A stretch of 64,000 nt of DNA from an uncultured virus (IMG/VR IMGVR_UViG_3300025418_001062) (lineage: Duplodnaviria > Heunggongvirae > Uroviricota > Caudoviricetes), in the IMG/VR virus record IMGVR_UViG_3300025418_001062; one strand, given 5' to 3'. Positions 57,302 to 64,000 of the stretch are shown here, one piece after another. Position numbers and translations under genes: made by a program. Positions within the stretch are counted from its first letter, which is position 1. Every line of letters begins with the position of its first letter. A model generated the notes under the pieces. The model had not been told where the DNA came from. It did not search any database and worked only from the letters and a program-made list of their open reading frames with translations.

Positions 57302-57549
57302 CACCCGAACAGGCACAAGACCCAGAGTTTCTGGCACACCTGCAACAGAAGTACCGTGAGACTCTAGAGTTTCTAGAGCCACTCGACCCCGAACTTCAGG
57401 CTGAAGTCTACCGTGAGGCGCTTATTGCCCTTGCCGGTGGCCTTGCAAACCTGTCGGGCGAGCACGCAGAAGCGCAGTACAAGAGCCTATTCGTAGGCGC
57501 AATCAAGACCGGTCGTGAACAAGCCGGATTATCCGAAGAGGAGAAGTAA
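57298..57549 (+). CDS. Hypothetical protein
   Basis: Coupled ORF. Confidence 0.65.
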   Translation: MTPEQAQDPEFLAHLQQKYRETLEFLEPLDPELQAEVYREALIALAGGLANLSGEHAEAQYKSLFVGAIKTGREQAGLSEEEK

Positions 57550-57682
57550 TGGAAGAAGTAGACCTCGTACAGATTGGCGCAATGCTTTTCAACGGCATTG
57601 GAGCCTTGTTGCTCAAGGCCGGGCTTGACGAAGAAGGCATTGGAAAGTCGCTTTCCACCGCGTTCAACCCACCAGAGCAGTA

Positions 57683-57877
57683 ATGTCCGCAATCGACCGC
57701 GCCATCCTTGAGTTAGAAACACTACACCGGCAGTTGGCTGGGCTAGAGCATTTTGCCGCCACCCTGCAAGCACCGGAGTGGCTCGGCTACAAGGGCGGCG
57801 TGGAAGATTGCCGCATGCACATCAGACTAACTATCGAAAAACTAGAAGGAGAAAAAAATGGCTTTCAAGGCCACTAG
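57683..57877 (+). CDS. Hypothetical protein
   Basis: Coupled ORF. Confidence 0.6.
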   Translation: MSAIDRAILELETLHRQLAGLEHFAATLQAPEWLGYKGGVEDCRMHIRLTIEKLEGEKNGFQGH

Positions 57878-58127
57878 CGACAATGTGATTCTTCGCATGG
57901 AGCACAAAGAAAAGACCACAGAGACGGGTCTCGTAATTCCACAGGGCGCAGTACCACTGCCCGACATTGCTGAGGTTATCTCAGTTGGCCCCGACGTTGA
58001 GGGCATCAGTGAGGGCGACAGTGTTGTCTTCAAGCACGGTTTGGCATACGCAGTTGAGATTGCCGGCGTCAAGTACGTTCAGGTCCCAGTTGCCGGCATC
58101 GTAGCGGTGCTCGACAAGGATAACTAA
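57858..58127 (+). CDS. groES: Co-chaperonin GroES-like
   Basis: D.VI....E.TT.TGLVIP, V.SVGPDV..I..GD.V.F, IVAVL. Confidence 0.88.
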   Translation: MAFKATSDNVILRMEHKEKTTETGLVIPQGAVPLPDIAEVISVGPDVEGISEGDSVVFKHGLAYAVEIAGVKYVQVPVAGIVAVLDKDN

Positions 58128-58360
58128 TGCAGGTAAAGTTCAAGACTACTAGCAACCTGACGTTTGCTATCTTCAGTTTTCTGATGTGGCCTCTCGCCGC
58201 ATTGGTGGGCGGACTGGTGACGATGCTTTTGGCGGGCGACATTCATCGCTGGGCGCCCCAGTTCCGACCTATGGGCTTCTGGCAGGCCACGTTCATCTAC
58301 GCCCTTCTCTACGCCTTTACGAGCGGCCTAACGCCGTTCAAGAAGCGTGGCGACAACTAA
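58127..58360 (+). CDS. Membrane protein
   Basis: Two TM segments; GFWQA. Confidence 0.65.
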   Translation: MQVKFKTTSNLTFAIFSFLMWPLAALVGGLVTMLLAGDIHRWAPQFRPMGFWQATFIYALLYAFTSGLTPFKKRGDN

Positions 58361-58363
58361 TAG

Positions 58364-58627
58364 ATGAATACAAACAAAACTATTAATAAGCCCCCGTTAT
58401 TGATTAAAAAATTTTGGTCAAAAATTAGGAGTTTCAGAACTGCAACTAAACTTTCAATTGGCTGGTTCGCCGGCCTCGCAACATGGTTTGCGATTTGCAA
58501 TTGGAAAGTAATTGTGGTATCATTGGTATTCCTGATTACCGCTTGCACCTTTATCCAACTGGTGTGGGCAATAAATCGGGAGTTAGACAAACAAGAGAGT
58601 GAGAGGATGCGCCACTATGGCAAGTAA
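58364..58627 (+). CDS. Membrane protein
   Basis: Two hydrophobic segments; AT-richer than neighbours. Confidence 0.6.
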   Translation: MNTNKTINKPPLLIKKFWSKIRSFRTATKLSIGWFAGLATWFAICNWKVIVVSLVFLITACTFIQLVWAINRELDKQESERMRHYGK

Positions 58628-58820
58628 GAAAGAACTGAAGTATCGTATTGACATGTTGGAGACCAAGTTGTATGAGTTGCAACAGCGTATTAACGTTGTT
58701 CGACTTGTCACAAAAGAGCCCAGCGCCGAGGCCCGGACGTTTCACGAGGGCAAGAAAACTGTTCGTATTGACTTCCTCGGCCACATTGACCCAGTGTGGG
58801 AAGAAGAGGACAACCAATGA
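58617..58820 (+). CDS. Hypothetical protein
   Basis: Coupled ORF. Confidence 0.6.
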   Translation: MASKKELKYRIDMLETKLYELQQRINVVRLVTKEPSAEARTFHEGKKTVRIDFLGHIDPVWEEEDNQ

Positions 58821-59272
58821 CAGTCCTTCACAGCAGGGTCACTGAGATTTTGAATCGGGCGCACCAAACGGCGTTAGCGTATTACGAGATTGCCAAAACC
58901 ACCGAAGACAAGATGTATTGGATGGGCTATCGTCGTGGCCTACAGCACATTGACGAGCAAATCCACAGCAACTTTGAGCAGGATACTCGCCCCCGTTATG
59001 ACTTTACAACTCACACAGTCGGCACACGAGTCACGGACAAGCCTCTCAAGCCTTTTGTAAAGGAAGACGGGCTCGAGCGCCAACTGGAAGAAGTACGTCA
59101 GTTTGGTATCCAAACAGCCGAAGACTTGGCATACGCTGAAACCAACATCGAGCAACTGCTTTCAGACGTTATGGTGCTAAAGCAACGCATTGCAGAATTA
59201 GAGGGGCAACCAAAGGAAGACTGGAAGCCCTACCCTGAGCGTTGGCGCAACTACTGGAAGGAAGCAAACTAA
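58817..59272 (+). CDS. Hypothetical coiled-coil protein
   Basis: GAGGA RBS; ATGA overlap. Confidence 0.65.
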   Translation: MTVLHSRVTEILNRAHQTALAYYEIAKTTEDKMYWMGYRRGLQHIDEQIHSNFEQDTRPRYDFTTHTVGTRVTDKPLKPFVKEDGLERQLEEVRQFGIQTAEDLAYAETNIEQLLSDVMVLKQRIAELEGQPKEDWKPYPERWRNYWKEAN

Positions 59273-59273
59273 C

Positions 59274-59513
59274 GTGAGTGACCAGCCCAGCGAGTTTGAC
59301 CTAGACCTAGCACAACGCCTTCTAAGCCTCTCTGAAGTATTAGTAGAGACGGTACGACGTGTTGAGTATCTCGAAGGCAAGCCAAAGCCATCAGATGCCA
59401 GCCTAGAAGAACGCATTGAGCAAGCCGTGGCTATTATTGCCCCCAATTACCCTGAGATGACCGAAGAAGAAGAAGCCATCGTGAACCTTTTGTGGGGTTA
59501 TCCTGATGAGTAA
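59274..59513 (+). CDS. Acidic hypothetical protein
   Basis: GTG start; coupled. Confidence 0.6.
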   Translation: MSDQPSEFDLDLAQRLLSLSEVLVETVRRVEYLEGKPKPSDASLEERIEQAVAIIAPNYPEMTEEEEAIVNLLWGYPDE

Positions 59514-59784
59514 TTTTTTTGAGGGGGGCAACCAAGAAGAGGAAGCAACCGGGGCTTATTCAGGCAACTCAATAGAAGACCTACAGAACTACTTAGTAGA
59601 CTTATACAACGAGACAATGACTAAGAGTGGAATAAACCCAGAGACAGGTGAGCAGTTGAACACCGAAGTAGATGGAACGAAGGATATTGAACGCCTAGAG
59701 GCTCAGATTGATACGTTTCTGAACGCATGGGGAAATAGCCTGACGGAGCGGGACCTTGATAATAAAGGCAAGTGGAATGAGTAG
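59506..59784 (+). CDS. Acidic hypothetical protein
   Basis: Last rightward ORF. Confidence 0.65.
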   Translation: MSNFFEGGNQEEEATGAYSGNSIEDLQNYLVDLYNETMTKSGINPETGEQLNTEVDGTKDIERLEAQIDTFLNAWGNSLTERDLDNKGKWNE

Positions 59785-59885
59785 CGATGGGAACCATAAA
59801 AAACCATAAAAAACCATGTCAATACGCCCGTCTAAACGCACATTCCCGCGCGTATAGGGTACCCACCCCCGCATAACCCCCAGTT

Positions 59886-59927
59886 ATCGTACCAATATTT
59901 GACATGAATGTCAATTTATGATATACT
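59886..59927. promoter_or_regulatory. Overlapping divergent promoter pair
   Basis: + TTGACA(59899)-N17-TATACT; - TTGACA(59914)-N17-TACGAT; both with TGn. Confidence 0.75.
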
Positions 59928-59990
59928 ATTAGTATGATAACGTACCAATTGTGGCCGAAACCACAAGTAATAAGGCCGGCCCTAATAGCG

Positions 59991-60161
59991 TAATTTTTCC
60001 CCATATTTAGGTCAAAAACTGCCAGTGGCCACACAGAATAAATTTTCCCCACATTTTTTTGAAAAACTGCCAGGTCCCAGACATTTTTCTAAAGAACCGG
60101 CCCTTCGCGTATACGCGATATATATACGCGATTCGCGTACGCGATACGTATACACACGCGA
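59991..60161. repeat. CGCG block A with two TTTTCCCCA..AAAAACTG motifs
   Basis: Six CGCG in 55 bp; homologous to blocks B and C. Confidence 0.9.
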
Positions 60162-60183
60162 GGCTTTGATTTGAGACATTTTG

Positions 60184-60294
60184 GGGCACTGGCTAGGCAG
60201 TCTATCCGGTTTGGATAATACGGGCACTACAGGGCAATACAGGGGCACTACAGGGGATTTTGGATAGACTACCTAGCCGAGACTAGGGCACTAC
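60184..60294. repeat. 17-bp inverted repeat enclosing GGGCA(C/A)TAC direct repeats
   Basis: 60191-60207 vs 60262-60278, one mismatch. Confidence 0.8.
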
Positions 60295-60350
60295 TTAGAA
60301 GTATTCGTCACACAGGTCACAAACACCTACAAACTCTGAGCCGTCGCTCA

Positions 60351-60548
60351 TCATTCTGACTCCTCCACGAAGTAGTCATCGTACCAGCCATCAACCCATT
60401 CGGGGCTGTCTTCGTCTGGTTCGGGCTTTGCGACGTAGATAAAGTCCCACGCTTCCTCAAAACTGTTGAACGATAGGTTCGGGTCATTGCTCCCGAACTC
60501 TGTCCACAGTCGGTTGCCCGCCCAGTCTTTGATAATCCACTTACTCAT
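60351..60548 (-). CDS. Small acidic early protein
   Basis: GGAGG RBS; coupled. Confidence 0.7.
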   Translation of the reverse strand: MSKWIIKDWAGNRLWTEFGSNDPNLSFNSFEEAWDFIYVAKPEPDEDSPEWVDGWYDDYFVEESE

Positions 60549-60772
60549 CAGTAGCCTCCTTCTTCGTTTAGTTTGCGGATGTAATGCAGTAGCGCCGAAT
60601 AAAGGTTGGCGTCGTATTCCCTAAATCCCTGGTCAGGGATACGAAGATACTCTTGTAGGTCTTCATCCCAGATACAGCCGTCAGGAAACTGTGCTTCCAA
60701 GACGTCGGTGTCGCAAAAGAACCCACGGTCTTTGTGGTAGCCCACCACAAAATAGTGCGTGTAGGTACTCAT
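60548..60772 (-). CDS. Small early protein
   Basis: Coupled ORF. Confidence 0.7.
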   Translation of the reverse strand: MSTYTHYFVVGYHKDRGFFCDTDVLEAQFPDGCIWDEDLQEYLRIPDQGFREYDANLYSALLHYIRKLNEEGGY

Positions 60773-60939
60773 TACAGCACCTCGACGTGGAAGTCATTGG
60801 GGTTTGCGCCCGTCTGGTCGTTGAAAAGCCCGTCAGCGTACATCAGCGCCTCATCAGCGTTTTCAGCGATAACGCTTACGGTGTAGGTGTAAGAGACCTC
60901 CATGTATGGCGTCCCGTCGGTGTCATAGTTTACAGTCAT
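60772..60939 (-). CDS. Small acidic early protein (55 aa)
   Basis: GGAGGAG RBS; TAATG overlaps; translated by hand. Confidence 0.65.
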   Translation of the reverse strand: MTVNYDTDGTPYMEVSYTYTVSVIAENADEALMYADGLFNDQTGANPNDFHVEVL

Positions 60940-61157
60940 TATTGTTCTCCTCCGTAGGTGTAGTCGGTGTCAATAGCCCAGTTGTAGGGGTTGAAACCGT
61001 ATTCTTGAAAAATCTTTCGTGATGCAAGTTCCAGCAGAACGTCTTCAATGTCCGCTTCCAGCCGGTCGTCGTCGGGCGTTCTGTCGTAGTAGACAACAGT
61101 GTTTAGAACCATGTGGTCGCAAGTAATGCTTACGAAGTAAACGTGGTGCTCTCCCAT
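60939..61157 (-). CDS. Small acidic early protein
   Basis: AGAAAGGA RBS after promoter cassette. Confidence 0.75.
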   Translation of the reverse strand: MGEHHVYFVSITCDHMVLNTVVYYDRTPDDDRLEADIEDVLLELASRKIFQEYGFNPYNWAIDTDYTYGGEQ

Positions 61158-61180
61158 TTTGTATCCTTTCTGTCTGTCAC

Positions 61181-61231
61181 CACCGCTTTTCGGTGATGAA
61201 CCATTGTACCACGGGTTTTTTGCTTTGTCAA
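61181..61231 (-). promoter_or_regulatory. Early promoter-hairpin cassette 1
   Basis: TTGACA-N17-TACAAT then CACCG-AAAAG-CGGTG. Confidence 0.85.
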
Positions 61232-61234
61232 GTC

Positions 61235-61714
61235 CTAGTGGTGAAAATCTACCAAGACTAAGAATTGACGAGTGGGGTCTGTTTCCATGCGCTCACGGAG
61301 ATACTTGAAGTCTTCGCACCATTCTTTCAGGTCGTAGAAGTAGGCATCGTGCTTTCCGTTGCCCTCGGCAATGGCAATAGCCTGACGGAGATGGTAAAAA
61401 TCAAGACTGCGTCCGGCATCACGGCCATCAAAGTTGCGCACTTCTTCAATGATTGCCTCGGTGTCAATGTTGCTCAACAGAAACTTGATTTCATTCACTC
61501 GGTTGAGACGGGCACGCTCCAAAAAGTCCTCAAACTTTGTGGGGTCGTCTGCGTAGCAGTGAACCTCGCCCTCGTCCTCCCAGCGCCCCCCGATTTCTGC
61601 CCAGTCGCTCCACGGAAAAACGGGGTTGTCATCGTGCGTCAAAGCAATGTCTACTTGAGAGATTGCGTCTTCGGCGTTGTCAGCCTCTACTGCGATAAAA
61701 TGTAATACGTGCAT
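61235..61714 (-). CDS. Acidic early protein
   Basis: AAAGGAG RBS; DW.EIGGRW...LVDFHH motif. Confidence 0.8.
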   Translation of the reverse strand: MHVLHFIAVEADNAEDAISQVDIALTHDDNPVFPWSDWAEIGGRWEDEGEVHCYADDPTKFEDFLERARLNRVNEIKFLLSNIDTEAIIEEVRNFDGRDAGRSLDFYHLRQAIAIAEGNGKHDAYFYDLKEWCEDFKYLRERMETDPTRQFLVLVDFHH

Positions 61715-61731
61715 TATGCTCCTTTGTCTCT

Positions 61732-61785
61732 GCACCGGCTTTTCCGGTACTCATCTATTATAACAGGGGTTTTTTACTTTGTCAA
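61732..61785 (-). promoter_or_regulatory. Early promoter-hairpin cassette 2
   Basis: TTGACA-N17-TATAAT then GTACCGG-AAAAG-CCGGTGC. Confidence 0.88.
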
Positions 61786-62263
61786 GTCAGTGGTCAAAGA
61801 AATCGAAAACTTTGTCCGTGACTGCTACGTTCCACTGTAGCATCTCTACTAGCAAAGAATACAGCAGTTCGTTGGCTTCCGTCTCCTCGCCGTGAAACTT
61901 GCGCTCGGCGTATAGGATAAGGGCGCTCGACGCCTCGGTTGCGCTCCTCACTCTAAGCCCTCCCAGTCGTCGCTCGTCGCCCGTAGGTAAAACTCGGCGG
62001 GGTCTTCATCAAAAAGGTGCAGTTGCGCCTCGCTAAAATCCTCGGTGTCGAAGATAAAGAGGTCGTAATCCTCGGCGCTACCATAGTTGCCGTCAAAGCC
62101 TACATACATTTTTGCCATTATTCGCTCTCCTTTAGAACGCCGTCAATGAATGAATAGTTGGTGTAAATGATGACCTGACCCTCGTTGTCAAGGTCAATGT
62201 CGCAATTCGGGAGTGCTTTCTGCACCGCCTCTACTAACTGCTCAATAGTGGTGTAGTTGGTCA

Positions 62264-62470
62264 TTAGTTCTCCTCCACGTCAATGCTGTATACTGATGCA
62301 AAACCCTTGTAGTCTTCGTAGCGCCAGCCCTCGGCTTCCGCTTCCGCTTCGCCGTCGGCATCTACGTCAAACCGGTACTCAACCATTACCGTCACGCTGT
62401 ACGACGTAGGGCTGTCATCTTCAGTATCCTGAACCTCGGTGCTTACAACTTTCTTAGTGGCTGTCGCCAT
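62264..62470 (-). CDS. Small acidic early protein; followed by three further coupled small ORFs down to ~61786
   Basis: GAAAGGA RBS; MATATKK... Confidence 0.7.
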   Translation of the reverse strand: MATATKKVVSTEVQDTEDDSPTSYSVTVMVEYRFDVDADGEAEAEAEGWRYEDYKGFASVYSIDVEEN

Positions 62471-62491
62471 TGGTAATCCTTTCGGTAAATT

Positions 62492-62545
62492 GCCGAGACG
62501 TTTTCTCGACCCAAACAGTATGACACACGCCGACGTCAATGTCAA
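62492..62545 (-). promoter_or_regulatory. Early promoter-hairpin cassette (variant)
   Basis: TTGACA-N17-CATACT then GTCGAGA-AAACG-TCTCGGC. Confidence 0.75.
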
Positions 62546-62548
62546 ATC

Positions 62549-62640
62549 ATTTTCCCCATTTTTTTTTGAAAAACTCTTCGCGTACGCGATTCGCGTACAT
62601 GCCCACGCGATACGCGATTTCGCGTATGCGCACACGCGAT
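62549..62640. repeat. CGCG block B
   Basis: TTTTCCCCA..GAAAAACT then seven CGCG in 60 bp. Confidence 0.9.
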
Positions 62641-62649
62641 AGGGGGAGA

Positions 62650-62672
62650 TTGCCCCCAAACTTCGGGGGCAA
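62650..62672 (-). terminator. Hairpin after ORF 62677-62949
   Basis: TTGCCCCC-N7-GGGGGCAA. Confidence 0.6.
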
Positions 62673-62676
62673 CCTC

Positions 62677-62949
62677 CTAGTCCAATTCTTCCAACTCTTC
62701 GTCCTCGACCACAGTTTCCTCGCTCCACGGCTTGACTGTGATGTAGTAGCCCATTCTGTTCACAATGTGGTAGCCGTTCACAATGGTTCCGTCGTCCAGT
62801 TCCGTCCACACCATCTCGACGGGCTGACCCTGAACAAACTCCAGTTCCTCGCCGTAGGTCTCGAACATCTTGACAAAGTAGTATGCCCTAGATTGGAAAT
62901 GATTATCTAGGGGCTGATACTGGTTCCACCAATCCTCGAACTTCATCAT
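62677..62949 (-). CDS. Acidic early protein
   Basis: FETYGEE..VWT..G.HIVNR.GY.IT. Confidence 0.75.
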   Translation of the reverse strand: MMKFEDWWNQYQPLDNHFQSRAYYFVKMFETYGEELEFVQGQPVEMVWTELDDGTIVNGYHIVNRMGYYITVKPWSEETVVEDEELEELD

Positions 62950-63332
62950 ACCGCTACCACGGGGAGAAAGTCAAGGACAAACTCGTGAAACGACTTAGGC
63001 TCATAGACGGGTCGCCAGTGACTGTCCGCAAAGTCTTCGCTGTAGACACGCTCATAGATAGAAACTTCTTCCTTTACGTGGTCTACTTCTACCAAGCGCC
63101 AAGCGTCGCCAGCCTCACGGGTACTGATGCCGTAAGAAAGGTTGCTCTCGTCGCCTCCGAGGAGCGTCTGAAAGATGATACGATTGAGGTAGTCCTCATC
63201 GCCCCACCGGTCACGCCCCTTGTCCAGCCCCTGCGCCACAATTTCGGGCAGTCGGTAAGCAGTCCAATGAGTGTAAAAGTAAATCGGCTGTCCGTATTCA
63301 CTAACTAACTTGATGTTTCCACGGTCTCCCAC
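62946..63332 (-). CDS. Early protein (MGDRGNI...YTHW...RW.D..YL.R)
   Basis: GTG start after GAAGGGA. Confidence 0.75.
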   Translation of the reverse strand: MGDRGNIKLVSEYGQPIYFYTHWTAYRLPEIVAQGLDKGRDRWGDEDYLNRIIFQTLLGGDESNLSYGISTREAGDAWRLVEVDHVKEEVSIYERVYSEDFADSHWRPVYEPKSFHEFVLDFLPVVAV

Positions 63333-63352
63333 GGTAATCCCTTCTGATAAAA

Positions 63353-63406
63353 GCACCGGCTTTTCCGGTACTCAACCATTGTATCAGGGGTTTGTGTCCT
63401 TGTCAA
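63353..63406 (-). promoter_or_regulatory. Early promoter-hairpin cassette 3
   Basis: TTGACA-N17-TACAAT; hairpin identical to cassette 2. Confidence 0.88.
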
Positions 63407-63674
63407 GCCAAGTCCAACCTTTTTCTTCAAGGTCTTCTCGGAACTCCTGCGCCGCCTCTGGTGTGGTGAACGCTGTGGCCTTAGTTAGTGCAACTGCGTC
63501 TGGGCGAATACCCTTGTCACGCTGTAGCAGTCGCATAACCTGCGACTTCGGATTAGGCTTCTCTACGGCTTCCTGCAACTCTGTCCAAGTCACCTCGTCA
63601 CTGCGCACAAGCAAAAGCCCGTCAGCGATGCCTATAAGCCCGTCTGCCGTCACGAAATACAAGTTCTGTGTCAT
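63384..63674 (-). CDS. Hypothetical early protein
   Basis: GGAAGG RBS; CATACT -10 upstream. Confidence 0.7.
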   Translation of the reverse strand: MTQNLYFVTADGLIGIADGLLLVRSDEVTWTELQEAVEKPNPKSQVMRLLQRDKGIRPDAVALTKATAFTTPEAAQEFREDLEEKGWTWLDKDTNP

Positions 63675-63733
63675 CTGATACCTTCCCATAAATAACCCGT
63701 CTGAGGGGCTTACAGTATGACACGTAATTATTC

Positions 63734-63762
63734 TTGACTTTCACTCACGCATACGCTATAAT
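63734..63762 (+). promoter_or_regulatory. Plus-strand promoter facing CGCG block C
   Basis: TTGACT-N17-TATAAT with no credible ORF downstream. Confidence 0.7.
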
Positions 63763-63773
63763 TAGTCGTGCGA

Positions 63774-63894
63774 TAATTTTTCCCCATCTTTTTCTCAAAA
63801 ACTGGCTACTTTCGCCCGTAGTTTCTTTAGAAATCCTCTCGCGTACGCGATTCGCGTACCCGCGCCTACGCGATTCGCGTATACACGCACGCGA
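63774..63894. repeat. CGCG block C
   Basis: TTTTTCCCCA..AAAAACTG then seven CGCG in 54 bp. Confidence 0.9.
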
Positions 63895-63939
63895 AAAAAA
63901 TGGCGGAGCCGGAGCGAACACACGTTCGCCCCGACCCCC
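63894..63939 (-). terminator. Intrinsic terminator whose apex is a perfect SOS-box-like sequence
   Basis: Long GC stem + T7 on the minus strand; CGAAC-ACAC-GTTCG at 63915-63928. Confidence 0.7.
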
Positions 63940-64000
63940 TGCCACTACTCGGCTTCCACCGTCTCCGTCTCTGCGCCGGTGATGAAGTTCGTAGCCTTCT

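Noticed and set aside
62471..62809. 181-aa version of ORF 62264-62809
   Set aside because: The extension crosses a promoter, block B and another gene; the likely start is 62470 with a GAAAGGA RBS
60100..63900. CGCG blocks as CRISPR repeats or integron attC sites
   Set aside because: No repeat-spacer periodicity, no clear attC R/L boxes and no integrase in the window
63945..64000. Truncated minus-strand ORF ending KATNFITGAETETVEAE, reminiscent of an ArdC C-terminus
   Set aside because: Only 17 residues visible; cannot be supported

Overview
The whole window is a tailed dsDNA phage genome segment with a contractile-tail (myovirus-like) morphogenesis module. The host is most likely Actinomycetota, inferred from two WhiB genes, an Rpf-type transglycosylase, Gram-positive-type SOS boxes and AGAAAGGA RBSs. 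Layout: repeat-rich start with one leftward gene (1-1 kb); a leftward tRNA/dNMP-kinase operon (2.0-3.7 kb); rightward late genes (Hjc-like resolvase, terminase, portal, multidomain protease/scaffold, capsid, neck, sheath, tube, frameshifting chaperone, tape measure, baseplate, an embedded glycosyl-/methyltransferase, collagen-like fibres, lysis/peptidase genes; 3.9-44.2 kb); a leftward recombination operon (RecA, LexA-like DNA-binding domain, YqaJ, ERF, SSB, HNH, WhiB; 44.2-49.1 kb); rightward replication and accessory genes (initiator with internal iterons, DnaB-like helicase, HslV-like, Rpf, WhiB, TerS-like, GroES; 49.2-59.8 kb); and leftward early cassettes of small acidic ORFs (60.3-64 kb). 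I saw no integrase, DNA polymerase, CRISPR array or rRNA. The most unusual items are: a complete tRNA-Gln(UUG) nested in the anticodon loop of a second, split tRNA; an inverted second copy of the origin iteron plus AT tract 46 kb from the initiator gene; three CGCG-rich, purine-pyrimidine-alternating blocks between early terminators and promoters; and a RecA plus truncated LexA operon carrying an SOS box. All product calls come from motif recognition by eye, not database searches.
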